DNA of 64,000 nucleotides from Setoptus koraiensis (GCA_048013815.1 CM106585.1:15748001-15812000); one strand, 5' to 3'; positions 12,051 through 22,745 are shown, numbered from the stretch's first letter. Notes: a model not told the origin generated them from the letters alone. Program-made: numbers and translations.

Positions 12051-13732
12051 TCTTCAAATACCACCTATATATCAAATAAAACCTACTATCAAGAGAATAT
12101 AGAAATGTCATATGAAAAATATTACAATAATTTCTGAATAATCTCTTTAATACATTGACCTTCTCCATATTTCTTCGCGCAATAATCACTATAATATCTA
12201 TACCTGAGAAATTATACACATCGTTTACTAACTATCATTTGATGCTTGGGTATATATGTGAGCCAGCTAGCCTATAAATTTTACTATGTTTACTTTTTAA
12301 CAATATTATTAAGGCTACTGCCCACTCAATAGAATCCCGACTACACAGTGCATGTAATATCAAATCGGATTAGAATTTGTGTGCCTGTGTTCAGCAATCC
12401 TGTCCACTACTCTATGCCTTGCACAATCAATTTCTCAGAAACCACCCACTTTAGAATAATTGTTTAAGTACTTTGTGCTGAGTGTGGTGTTGTAGAAAAT
12501 AAGAAAGGCTTTTGATGGTGTGCAATATCTGTCGAAGACTACTCTTAACATTGCCATGTGATGTTTTAAGATTAGTACTATTCGCTTACCACACTAATCA
12601 CAAGAGCGAAAAATACTGCACACAAAAATCCACTTCGTCATATTATTTTTATAGTTTATTATAATGAGCTATATTTGATTTTTGATTCGCATAGCTATTT
12701 CATCTTCTTCTACTCTCTCCTCGTAACTTATCATTATCTCACTATTCTAAATGCTCAAAAAATGAGGATTAATTTGCATTAATATTACCATGTTCACACC
12801 ATAGATAAAATATAAATTTCGATTGCTAATTCGTAAAGACACAGTCGTCGATGCCTCCCCCACAATCCTTCACCCACATCTTTTAGCTGTCTTCCAACCT
12901 ACTAAGTCGAGTGCTAATTTATACCATCTTCCTCCCTAATACCTCATCAATCTGTATCCTTTACTTTTCTCGAACTAGTTTGACTGCTAAAATTGTCTTA
13001 AGCAAGAGCTTAATAATACCAACTAGCAGCTCATTTTCCTCCTATAAGTATCCACTTTCTCTCGCACATTCTAGAGCCTATATGTTGAACAAATTCTCAT
13101 GATTGCTTTGAGTTTACTTTTCATGATCTGAATTTTTATTCCCTTTCCATAGTAATCAGAAATTGTTAATTTGGTACTCAGCGACCTCAAATAGAATTTC
13201 CAATTTCTTCTCTCAAACTTCCACCTTGACATTTCTGTTGCTCTGAACACAGTCTTTTATTCCTAATAGACTCCTAGCCTTGCTTGGTTTGCACATTAAA
13301 TCATGCATCATGATCATGTGATTCAAAGATCGTATGCCGACGTTTCTCATCTACTTTTTAATCAGTCAACTCATATTAAAATGAGTAGTAAGTATGCCAC
13401 TTTGTTTAAATATGATATTCTCAGTGTATGCATCATCTTTGGTCACAGTCATCACGATGAGATTATAGTTTAAATAACTCTGTTTAATGATGTAGCTTTT
13501 GTCAGAATGACAATAAACATAACATTTTGACCGTGATTTGTCTATACTTTAATTGATTAGTTCTCGTACGGTGCCACAAGAAGCTGCATCACTTTCTTAT
13601 CATGACACAGTATCGAGAATGACGATGAGACAAATCGAATTTTAAAAGCACGTTAATGTACTCATCCCTGGAAGTAAGATCATTGACATTTGCGCTCTCT
13701 AAGCAACACAAGAGTTAAGTGATGCTCTCCAT
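12050..13732 (-). pseudogene. Possible degraded or mis-called coding sequence (unidentified)
   Basis: AAAATGG start context at 13,732, just past COG1's poly(A) signals, then TAA at codon 6. Minus strand is purine-rich and partly C-depleted. No ORF >~66 aa in a neighbourhood otherwise packed with genes. No family recognised in any frame. Confidence 0.25.
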
Positions 13733-14023
13733 TTTAAACGCGTAGTAACAAGTAGTGTTTCGCTGTTAAATCACCCTTTTACTCTGCACTGTTGACAAAC
13801 TGTAAAAATTAGAAGTTACGCCGCTTGCATTGTATGTTATCTCGATATTCGTTTTTTGAATTCATAAATAGCATGCGTTATCAGCGGCTTTATAAGTCAA
13901 TCGTGCATGTAGCACCGAACTCAATCCGATAAAACTGTCCAATGAAAGGCACCGTTTTATGGGGGCTGATTATTTTATTAGTTTTATTGCCAAAGCTGTT
14001 ATTGCTTTATACAAACGAGGAAC

Positions 14024-15298
14024 TTAAAGATAGGGTATCAACAGTCCAAAAAGTTTTATGGATCGGTGGCATGCTCGTGCCAGGCTAGTTTGCATTACAT
14101 CAGATATGGTGTACAACTCAATGGAGTCTAGCATTGTTTCGTACATGTTGGTTATATCGATCACTTTGGGCATGAGACTTTCTTCTAGGTCAACATTCTT
14201 TGATGTTGCAATAAGACTCCGCATAAATAAAAGATCAAAATACAGTTGAAGGGATCTTCTGCGCCTCAATGATGGTGGTAGTTTTAAGATTGCCTCATGC
14301 ATTTTTTCGTAGACAAAACAAACTTTTTCTATTGATTTGGATAAAGCGTGTATCATAGATGATCTGCTCATATTGAAACCAGCAATTTTGTTGATATTCT
14401 GGCACACTTTGAATAAAAAACAATGTAATTCCAATGATATATGAGTAGGTATCATAACACTTGTTACTGGAGATTGTGTGGCTTCAACTACTTTACCGTT
14501 ATCATCGGAAGATTGTTCCAGTTGAACAGTGGAGAATGTTTGGGATTTTCTCACCAACGAGGCTAGACTCAAGTCCATAACCTGCGCTTCGAATTCTTTG
14601 AATAATACTTGGATTGCGCCATTCAAACATAACTCGTGTAATTCTTCGTTTTCTTTCTCTTTGTCGCCTCCGATAATTCCAACTTGATCTGGAGGTGCCA
14701 CTTCTATTATGTAGCATAATTTATTAACAAGCATCTCTTTAGTGCGCACGATACTCTTTTGTAATCTTGAAAGTGACGGTTTTCTACTTTCTGGAGTGTC
14801 CACACTGAGTTTCTCTATCAATTCGTTAGCTTGTTTCAATAATGCAACACTACCTTTCAAATCACCATTATCAAACCTCTGCCATATGAGACTTGGATAG
14901 TCGAATAACAGCTTACAGTCTTCATCAAAGTTATCCAACAGCTCTTTTGTTGCCTGTTCAATATCATTGTCTGTGTCGGGGTATGCATCAGATTTCGTCG
15001 CATCATTAGAGCTCATTTGCTGCTGAATATGTTGTCTTGTAACTCCATCGATCGATTCCTGGTAGTTATGAATACTCTTGTCAAGATTACTGAGGGATAC
15101 TTCCACACGTCTGAGGATATTCTTCATCTCTTTGGTTGCATCCGTTGCCTCCACTATGTCTTTGTATTTCTCTTTCACAATCGATTTTATTTGTTCGGTT
15201 TTCTTTTCAACCTCGATGCCTAAATTGTGTCGAACCTTTTCTATTTCAGCGAAGGTGTGGTTGGCAAAAAGGTTTTCTATGTTGGCCTCTGTAGGCAT
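14024..15298 (-). CDS. COG1: Conserved oligomeric Golgi complex subunit 1 (424 aa, single ORF)
   Basis: N-terminal Vps51/COG1-type segment (ENLFANHTFAEIEKVRHNLGIEVEKKTEQIKSIVKEKYKDIVEATD) and COG1-like C-terminus (SLQLYFDLLFM...ACHRSIKLFGLL). Minus-strand AATAAA signals at ~13,974-13,988. Confidence 0.85.
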   Translation of the reverse strand: MPTEANIENLFANHTFAEIEKVRHNLGIEVEKKTEQIKSIVKEKYKDIVEATDATKEMKNILRRVEVSLSNLDKSIHNYQESIDGVTRQHIQQQMSSNDATKSDAYPDTDNDIEQATKELLDNFDEDCKLLFDYPSLIWQRFDNGDLKGSVALLKQANELIEKLSVDTPESRKPSLSRLQKSIVRTKEMLVNKLCYIIEVAPPDQVGIIGGDKEKENEELHELCLNGAIQVLFKEFEAQVMDLSLASLVRKSQTFSTVQLEQSSDDNGKVVEATQSPVTSVMIPTHISLELHCFLFKVCQNINKIAGFNMSRSSMIHALSKSIEKVCFVYEKMHEAILKLPPSLRRRRSLQLYFDLLFMRSLIATSKNVDLEESLMPKVIDITNMYETMLDSIELYTISDVMQTSLARACHRSIKLFGLLIPYL

Positions 15299-15820
15299 GG
15301 CTCATGTGTATATTTGGACAAGAGTTGATAAAAACCGTGATGTAGTGATAAAGTCACTGCAGCAAGTTTTTCTGAAGATACGATTTAATTCATCGTAAAA
15401 GCTGATAAGCTGACAACAAATGTTCGCAAAACAAAAAGAGATGTTCAACGCCACGGTCAACACTACCGGTAAAGTATTCAAACGGTGAGTCCCGTAATAG
15501 TAATAAGGTTGCTGATGGTGCAGTTTTTGGTTTGCTAGCGTAAAAAAAATAAGTTTTCATACGGCCCTCTCATAGTGGAAAATCAGCTGTTTGCAAATGT
15601 CGCACACACACGGAGACCGAAGCTGTAGTCACAAGGTTGCCTGACAGCCATCTTGTGATGCTCAATATGCAATATGCCAAGACATTTCTTTGTTACTGTT
15701 GTTAATCAACTTACTGAATGACCTAGATAGATGAGATATCTATTTGATATTTAGCAACTATTAGTAAATATTTAGGAATCTTAAATATTAACATTACATA
15801 CTCATTTCCATCATTGTTTG
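15299..15820. promoter_or_regulatory. Divergent (bidirectional) promoter/5' UTR region between COG1 and RABL6
   Basis: 522 nt between two head-to-head start codons. Inferred from geometry only. Confidence 0.5.
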
Positions 15821-17326
15821 ATGATGATCTCGGCCTGGAAGAGGTTTGTGTCGAGGAACGATGGAAACCAACAAGTACAGAACTACAATGGTCAGATGCC
15901 TAACGGTATCCAGAAGTTGGATCGAAATCTACAAAAGAAATTCGCTCGCGGTGTTCATTACAACATGAAAATAGTTATAAAGGGCGATCAAAGAGTTGGC
16001 AAGACTTGCTTATTTAATCGACTCAAAGGCGAACAATTTTCTGAGCTCTACAATCCAACCGATGAGATCCAAGCAACTACAATACATTGGAATTACAAGG
16101 CCACTGATGATATAGTGAAAATAGACGTCTGGGAAGCCGTTGATCTCATGAAAAGAAAACGAAGACAATCTCCAGATCTAAAATTAGAGAACAATAACAA
16201 TGATGATTCGACGACAACTACAAACGGATCAACAGAGGAAGACAACAGTAGCGCAAACACGACTGAAAACAATCATGTACCTGATGAACAAGCTCTAGAT
16301 ACTAGTTTGATAGATGTCTACAAGGACGCCAATGCGGTATTGCTTGTGATGGATATGACTAAATCTTGGACCTTCAAATATATTCAAAATGAGATACCTA
16401 AAATACCCAAGCACTTACCTATTTTAATAATAAGCAATCACAGGGACATGGGCCATCATAGATCCATCTCGCAGGATCAAGTAAGGACTTATATCCAAAC
16501 TCTAGAAAGGTCGTCGCTTAGTGATGGACAGATTCTATATTCAGAGGCGTCAATGAAAAACGGCTTTGGTTTGCGTTTCATTCACAAATTCTTCAACATT
16601 CCGTTCCTACGTTTACAAGAGGTTACCCTATTGAAACAACTGGAACTCAATAGGATGGATCTAAGTGTGACTCAAGAGGAATTAGTGGCAATGAACGAGT
16701 CAGAAGATCAAGAGTACGAACAATTTCTTGAAATGCTCACCATCAGGAGGAGACAGCAAGCTGACATGTTATCACCTGCTAGCGGTGCAGTTTCAGCCAA
16801 CAAATCAGCCGCCCTTGCCGCTGGTAAACTTGTTCCTCCAACTGCTAAGACCACCAATCCAATAAATCTAGATTCGCGCGGTAATGGTGACATATGTGAA
16901 AGACCTGAGAACAATCCAAATCAAATAGTATTCAATAGATCTCCTAGTATAATTATCGGCGCCAATCGGCCTCTTCCAGATAAGTCCATTCTCAAGTCGA
17001 AGACAACAAAGCCCACATATCATGAACAAATGAATAACTCAAATTCCGAACAATCCAAAATCCAGAATGGTCAGCCATTCCAAACTAGCAAAAATAACAA
17101 TGAATCCGGTGCTAAATTTTCCGAATCCAATCAGATTGGCGAAAACGATCCAAATGAAACAGTCGATCCTGATGATGCAAGCGACGATAGTGATGACTTT
17201 ACTACAGCAAACCCTTTGGTCGCTAACTATCAAGACGAACTTGATCCAGATGACTTATGTGAGGGCGTTGAAACAGGTCACCATATGGCAGAAGTTCAGG
17301 AGCGGGACCAATCTTCAACATCCTAA
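15821..17326 (+). CDS. RABL6: Rab-like protein 6 (RBEL1/PARF) GTPase, ~501 aa from first ATG
   Basis: LQKKFARGVHYNMKIVIKGDQRVGKT (P-loop), IHWNYKATDDIVKIDVW, NHRDMGHHR, EASMKNGFGLRFIHKFFNIPFL all match RABL6. Acidic low-complexity tail. The track's TTG start at 15,818 is replaced by the ATG at 15,821. AATAAA at 17,492. Confidence 0.93.
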   Translation: MMISAWKRFVSRNDGNQQVQNYNGQMPNGIQKLDRNLQKKFARGVHYNMKIVIKGDQRVGKTCLFNRLKGEQFSELYNPTDEIQATTIHWNYKATDDIVKIDVWEAVDLMKRKRRQSPDLKLENNNNDDSTTTTNGSTEEDNSSANTTENNHVPDEQALDTSLIDVYKDANAVLLVMDMTKSWTFKYIQNEIPKIPKHLPILIISNHRDMGHHRSISQDQVRTYIQTLERSSLSDGQILYSEASMKNGFGLRFIHKFFNIPFLRLQEVTLLKQLELNRMDLSVTQEELVAMNESEDQEYEQFLEMLTIRRRQQADMLSPASGAVSANKSAALAAGKLVPPTAKTTNPINLDSRGNGDICERPENNPNQIVFNRSPSIIIGANRPLPDKSILKSKTTKPTYHEQMNNSNSEQSKIQNGQPFQTSKNNNESGAKFSESNQIGENDPNETVDPDDASDDSDDFTTANPLVANYQDELDPDDLCEGVETGHHMAEVQERDQSSTS

Positions 17327-17633
17327 AACGCAGAGAGATAAGAAACTGAATAGTCATTAAGAAAAAATGACAGTTAAAGGGCCTATTTATAATAAGATCC
17401 TGTTGTGTGTGATTAGGTACTTTTCTTGCATTGTCTAACTCAATATAATTGTGCATTAAAATTAAACTGACACACATTATATTTACATTCAAATAAATAA
17501 CATATAAGAAAGTAAACATACGGATGAACATGTTTGGCGAGCACAACATATGTTTTCATTAATCTCCATTTCCTGCTATGTCACATTATACTATTGTTAA
17601 TGCTCACAAGTCAGCCTTGTCTGCTTTGAAATT

Positions 17634-18554
17634 ATGACTGCTCTCTTATTGAAGAAGAAAATCTCACTTGAGGTGATACCACCTCGGAACTCTGGTAGGA
17701 CTAGTGCACTTATAAAGAGATTGGAACCTTTGAGTGAGTATATCAAACAATTTAGTATCACTAATCATGAGACGAGCCTCAACATGGGAACACCCGAGCT
17801 CTGCTCGGTTACAGTCAACTCTTTTGCAACAGGTTTTGATAGAAGTGTAGCAATGTTGCGTGAACTGAGGAAAACTTTTCCTCAGATAGACATAATGTTT
17901 CATTTGACTTGTCACAACTTAAACAGAGTAAATATCGATTCCAAATTGTGCACACTTAGTGGCATGGACGTTAAAAGATTGCTAGTTGTCAGCGGCGAAG
18001 ATGTCACGGCACCACAATCAGGAGATGATGGACGTTTCAACAATTCTTTGGAAGTTGTGAAATATATTAATGAGAACCATCCGGGTCTATTTGAGACATT
18101 GGCCGTCTCAGGGTATCCCCATGGTCATCCAAGTTCTCTGGATGAAAAACAAGATTTGGATATCCTCAAACAGAAGACTGACCAAGGCGCTAATCTTATT
18201 GTTACTCAATGCGTTTTTTCCTCGAAAGAATTACTGGACTTTGCAAATATTGTTGCTGACTCAGGTATCGTGGGAGTACCTGTGTGCCCCAGTATTCTCT
18301 TATACGAGTCTCTAGAGGGTTTGAAAAGATTCGCTACTATAGCTCGTGTCAATCCTCCCAGAAGTCTGTTGGATCAACTGTCTCATGTTAGTGTAAATAA
18401 TTTCAAAGATGGAGCGTTCCAAAAGACACTTGATCTACTAAGTGAATTACTGGAATCAGAGAGAATTCTTGATGTACACATCAGTCCGATTAACAGGTTT
18501 GAACTTGCTTTAGAGATTTTCAAGCGTCTAGAGGAGTTATTGGCTACCAGCTGA
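17634..18554 (+). CDS. MTHFR: Methylenetetrahydrofolate reductase family, catalytic TIM-barrel only (306 aa)
   Basis: ISLEVIPP, HLTC, VSGYPHGHP, LKQKTDQGANLIVTQ correspond to MTHFR/MetF motifs SxEFFPP, HxTC, AGYPxGHP, LKxKVxAGADFIITQ. Confidence 0.85.
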   Translation: MTALLLKKKISLEVIPPRNSGRTSALIKRLEPLSEYIKQFSITNHETSLNMGTPELCSVTVNSFATGFDRSVAMLRELRKTFPQIDIMFHLTCHNLNRVNIDSKLCTLSGMDVKRLLVVSGEDVTAPQSGDDGRFNNSLEVVKYINENHPGLFETLAVSGYPHGHPSSLDEKQDLDILKQKTDQGANLIVTQCVFSSKELLDFANIVADSGIVGVPVCPSILLYESLEGLKRFATIARVNPPRSLLDQLSHVSVNNFKDGAFQKTLDLLSELLESERILDVHISPINRFELALEIFKRLEELLATS

Positions 18555-19073
18555 CAATGTGATGGTCTTGAAATCCGCCGTTCGGATGCCGGTGTAGTCT
18601 ACTAACTTTCACCGTGACGTGCACTTTACAACCTGACCACCTCGTTTAGACTTGACCATTTTTATTCAATATGTGTAGACTTACCGAAGCACTTCTCAGT
18701 GCAATTCACTCTTTAGTAGCTGTATTGCAAAAAAAATCTGAGTTATTATATTTTAACTACAACTAATTCATAATTGAAGGCCATCACGGCTCATCGAATC
18801 TACATACATAGAGGACGACTATCAATTAGATTGAATGGCAACCTTGGAGAAGTAGATCATAGATGAGAAAAGCTTGAGGTTTTCATTGGGACCCCAATAA
18901 AAGTATCGGGACCATCCAGATTACCGTATCGCAGCGATTGATTCTCTTCGAATTTACCGCCTTTGAGGAGAGCTACTCTCACCGCAGTGCTGTCGGTGTC
19001 ACTTTGGGTACCATTGTAAACATCCAATCAATCTAAAGCGCTTTACCCAGAGGCGAACCATTGTGATGAAAAA

Positions 19074-19562
19074 ATGTTTTCAGGTGAGCCTAGTTCGACA
19101 GACATCAATATGAGCCTCCACCCCAGTCATCCATCCAATGCCTCTGGCTTGACAGAGTGCAAATTGGCTCAGGAAATCATCCACGATCTAGTGTCAAAAT
19201 TGTGTGACTTGTTCAAACTTTTGAATTCTCCAGAAATTGAATCGAAAAAAGTCAATATCAAGACCATATTGAAATTCTTCCAAGGCAGATTCGAAAAACT
19301 CCGAATGTATTATGACAGCGTCCAAGAAATCTGCTCCCGATCAACATATATTCAAATCAAATTATTAGTTCCCTACAAAGATGATCCCGGTCGGGTGGAG
19401 CAAATTCTCAAGCATCGGAGAAACATCAGCTCAGAAAGCAAACTTATTGAAAGGAGGGATGAATTACTAGAGAAACTGGCGGAAAAAGATGAACAAATCA
19501 GAAAGATGACCAATTGTATGAGAAGTTTCATCTACGAGATTAATACTATGCTGTCACACTAA
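19074..19562 (+). CDS. MED30: Mediator of RNA polymerase II transcription subunit 30 (162 aa; alternative ATG at 19,110)
   Basis: CKLAQEIIHDLV, FEKLRMYYD, LLVPYKDD and the C-terminal MRSFIYEINTML align with MED30 LCRIGQETVQDIV, FRKLRLVYD, LIPYVEE, LRNLIWDINAML. Confidence 0.8.
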   Translation: MFSGEPSSTDINMSLHPSHPSNASGLTECKLAQEIIHDLVSKLCDLFKLLNSPEIESKKVNIKTILKFFQGRFEKLRMYYDSVQEICSRSTYIQIKLLVPYKDDPGRVEQILKHRRNISSESKLIERRDELLEKLAEKDEQIRKMTNCMRSFIYEINTMLSH

Positions 19563-19718
19563 CAATAGAGAGTTCTCTATATGCGTTGAAAACAATCATA
19601 CTGAGCTCAACAAGAAACGGGAATTGTGCGCTGAGTTCGCAGACATATAAACGTCATGTGACAAGATGTCTTCTATACATAGATAGTTGATGCCTTTTAT
19701 TATCAATAAATATATTTA

Positions 19719-20891
19719 TTACAAAGACAGCTTTTGAGCTTTGTGATATAAAGAATCCACTACTTTCCCCATATGCTGTATAGTCTCTAATGCCGCCTCG
19801 AATGTTTTATCAACTTCAGCATTTTCAAATATTATTAAGACTCCTTCACCTTGATCCAAAATTCCATCGAATTTTTTATCTAGTATCATTTGTGACAGCT
19901 TCTTCTCTATTGCGTCTTGAGGCAATTTGATTATATTTGCTATGTGAACAACCTGAACTCTAGAATATGGTTCAATAATACGGCACAAGTTTTGCTCAAG
20001 CATATCGTCGTACAATGTATTCAAGTGAGATCGAATGATGGGGTCACCAATCAATTGGTCTTTGTAGTCAGTGAGAGCCTGCTGAAAGTCAGCTAGACTT
20101 CTCTTCTCACTCGCCAGAGCAACTCTTTTCATGGCTTCAATGTCTATGCCGCTGTAATTTAAAGCATTCTTACTAATGCAAATGGATGGAACATCACTCG
20201 CTTCGTGGAGCATAATCTTAGATAACAACATATATTTCAAAGCAACAACAGCTTTGGGGTGATCAATACTTGTATAGCCCTCAAAGGCCTCGTAGTAATA
20301 ACTGAAGGCTGTTTTGAAATCTCGCTCATCAGCCGCATGGAGTATTCCAGATTGTAGGTCTAGTTCTGCCTGCATCTTGGGTGGACAATAGATAGAGTTG
20401 GCCGTTGTCCTGGCACTTGTTAGCGCTGCTCGTGCCTTTTGAAGATTGGTAAGAGAGTAATAAGTCTTTGATTCTAATAATTGAATCTCTACAAGTAGTG
20501 TCTTGTCATCCATTTTCTTCATCTCGCGAAGTAATTCCGATATTAGATTTAATGCATCTGAAAATTTGCTGGTATCATAGTAGAGCGCAATCAATCTTAT
20601 CTCAAGGGAGTGACGTAAGAAGGTTCGCTTCTCTTCTTTGGCCCATGCAATACAATCCATACATAATTCTACCTCTTGTCCGGTTTTGGCGTCCATGTCC
20701 AGGAACATATCGACCAGTTTCCTAACTAGTTTGGCTGCCTTAGCCTTTGACATCTCATTGAGTGAGGGCCTGACGTTTCTTATCAAATTAGCCAATTCAG
20801 CCGCTTGGCCGGCCTTGCATAAGTCCTGACCCTTGGCTATGATGGTGTCTTCATTGGCAAGGTCCTGCGTTGTGTGTGGTGGATTAGCCAT
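19719..20891 (-). CDS. PSMD11: 26S proteasome non-ATPase regulatory subunit 11 / Rpn6 (390 aa from ATG at 20,891)
   Basis: Very high similarity throughout ([70 protein letters not shown]; PCI domain). The 69 upstream codons in the track are non-homologous, low-complexity leader. Confidence 0.97.
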   Translation of the reverse strand: MANPPHTTQDLANEDTIIAKGQDLCKAGQAAELANLIRNVRPSLNEMSKAKAAKLVRKLVDMFLDMDAKTGQEVELCMDCIAWAKEEKRTFLRHSLEIRLIALYYDTSKFSDALNLISELLREMKKMDDKTLLVEIQLLESKTYYSLTNLQKARAALTSARTTANSIYCPPKMQAELDLQSGILHAADERDFKTAFSYYYEAFEGYTSIDHPKAVVALKYMLLSKIMLHEASDVPSICISKNALNYSGIDIEAMKRVALASEKRSLADFQQALTDYKDQLIGDPIIRSHLNTLYDDMLEQNLCRIIEPYSRVQVVHIANIIKLPQDAIEKKLSQMILDKKFDGILDQGEGVLIIFENAEVDKTFEAALETIQHMGKVVDSLYHKAQKLSL

Positions 20892-21149
20892 GATAATTGA
20901 TGGTACTGTTGTAGAAGTTGTAAAATAATAAAAATTATAGTAATAATGGCAACAATGATAATGTTGTACCGATGTAAACCAATCGGATATATTGATATTA
21001 ATAGTGGTGATGAGATGACAAAAAAACAAAGTGAATACTCGCGTCTGTGCACATCTGTGTGGTGTGCTTGTATTTGTGTGCGCTTGTCTGTTCGTCACTA
21101 TGAGCAGCCTTCACCTTTGCATAGTCTGCCAAGACACGACAATCCGATG

Positions 21150-22350
21150 ACAAGGGGAAAAGTGAACGGATTTTTTCATGTAAAGGGGGGGCGCGCTTAA
21201 AAAACATCGCCAAGACTGGCATTCCTTCAGAGATCTCGCTATTGCGACCCAACAAACTCACACATTTTACAGGGTGTCAAAAACAAGTCTTGCTACTACC
21301 ACTGCTTACGCTGCGCGCCCTTCCATAGTGCATTCAGCCGAATACGATCAGCGTACGACAAACAAGCACAGATCGCGCTCTAGCACATGCCGCCTCGAAT
21401 ATACTCAACAAATCGACTGCACACCCACACTGTACTCAAAATGCTTAAAAAAGGAGGCGCACAAGGCGCTGCTGCACGTTGTGTGCCCTTGCGCCGCACA
21501 GAGTTTTTCACACAGCAGAACACTGTGTATTGGGCGGCTCAATGCAGTTTTGCACTATCTCTCACAGAGGGCTAAAGCGTGTATATGTGTGTTTTTGTGT
21601 GTACAGGGTGTACGTAAAGTCGCTCGCGCCTCACTGTGGAATTAGACCGGCTTTTGCAGCGAATTGCATGCAGTGCTCTGTGTAAGGCACTCAAGGCACA
21701 GAGTGTTAGCGAACACAGCGAACAGCATTCTCTGGTGGCGCCGCAGGCGTGTGCTGCGGGCGTGCGGGGCGGCCAGGGCAGTGCGGAGGGGGCCGGGGTT
21801 TGCCGGTGCGCACTTTACAACTGCTTGCTGAGACCCATTTGCCAGTGTTGACGAGCCCATGCACCCCATCATTACTGCTCTACGCACACGGGTATGTTTG
21901 TCGCCGCAGACCCGCCCCCCGGTATAAACTTGCTATAATAACCACAAGCACTCACTCGGCGTGCACGCTTTGTGCTTGTGTGCAGCAGCACATGGTGCTT
22001 TATAGCAATCCGGCTCGAGCGGCACGCCGTGCAGAGGCCGAATGTACAAATTCACCACCAGTAGTGACTAATATTGATAGACACAGAAACAAATGCATTA
22101 GGCATGTGTGTGTGTGTGTGTGTGTTGTTGTGCGCCTTGCGAACCGAAAATGCCGCCGCCGGTCATTGTGCGTGCGTGTCTTGACCGACTTCCGCGCTGT
22201 TGACTGCGCACTCAAGTCAAAACGCATGCTTATTAATTTACACAAAAACCCAGCGACTGGTTGTTACAGTCGCAAGTCGCACTGCACACAAGCTACATAT
22301 GTGCGCCTATTTTGCGCACAACGCTCACGCATAGGCACACACACATAACA
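21150..22350. promoter_or_regulatory. GC/CpG-rich island in the divergent Rpn6-eIF4G interval (probable promoters and 5' UTR exons/introns)
   Basis: Clearly more GC-rich than the flanking genes, with many GCGC/GCAC/GTGT motifs. Candidate donors: GTATGT (+, ~21,892) and GTAAGC (-, ~21,308). No protein-like ORF. Confidence 0.4.
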
Positions 22351-22650
22351 TTCACATTAGAGAGATTGGGTCAAAATATCAATGAATGATGACTGTACTC
22401 ACTCAGATGATCTTGCACAGATCGTATAAATAAAATATAAGCACAGCAGCATGTGGATGCTAGCTTAGAATGCGAGAGAGAGATAGTCAGGTTAGATGTG
22501 CGCTTAGAAAGCAAAAGTATGCGTTGATCACCCTATGGATAGAATGTGTTTAGATATGGGAATTATTTGGACCTTATTCTACCTTGATTTTAGTGCCACT
22601 ACAACTCTGTTGCATTAAACGCAAATACTGAACTCCAAGACAGATAGATC

Positions 22651-22745
22651 ATTATTATTATTAATTATATATAAGTATATATATATTTATATATACATAT
22701 TTATTTATATATATACTTATCTATCTATATATATTATATATATTT
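22651..22745. repeat. AT-rich (ATT)n/(TA)n microsatellite
   Basis: ATTATTATTATTAATTATATATAAGTATATATATATTTATATATAC... Confidence 0.9.

Noticed and set aside
11500-12200. Bisulfite-like protection of CpG among residual minus-strand cytosines
   Set aside because: Only 4 of the first 8 survivors are in CpG against about 2 expected; too few to support.
12240-12700. GIY-YIG/Penelope-like or aspartic-protease-like fragments (SCDQCGK, RIAEHRH, LLNTGTQ) in restored frames
   Set aside because: Wrong spacing, different frames, catalytic residue absent; any frame can be opened by T->C restoration.
18685-18719. Minus-strand 35-nt microexon with good acceptor (T8GCAATACAG) and donor (GTAAGT), antisense to the MTHFR 3' end
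   Set aside because: Stops in all three frames and no coherent flanking exons. Could be non-coding but is unsupported. No snRNA, snoRNA, tRNA or SECIS pattern recognised in 18,555-19,073.
20892-21098. 69-codon N-terminal extension of Rpn6 in the ORF track
   Set aside because: H/Y/T-rich and non-homologous, and contains a likely 5' UTR intron acceptor (TTCTACAACAG) just before the ATG at 20,891.
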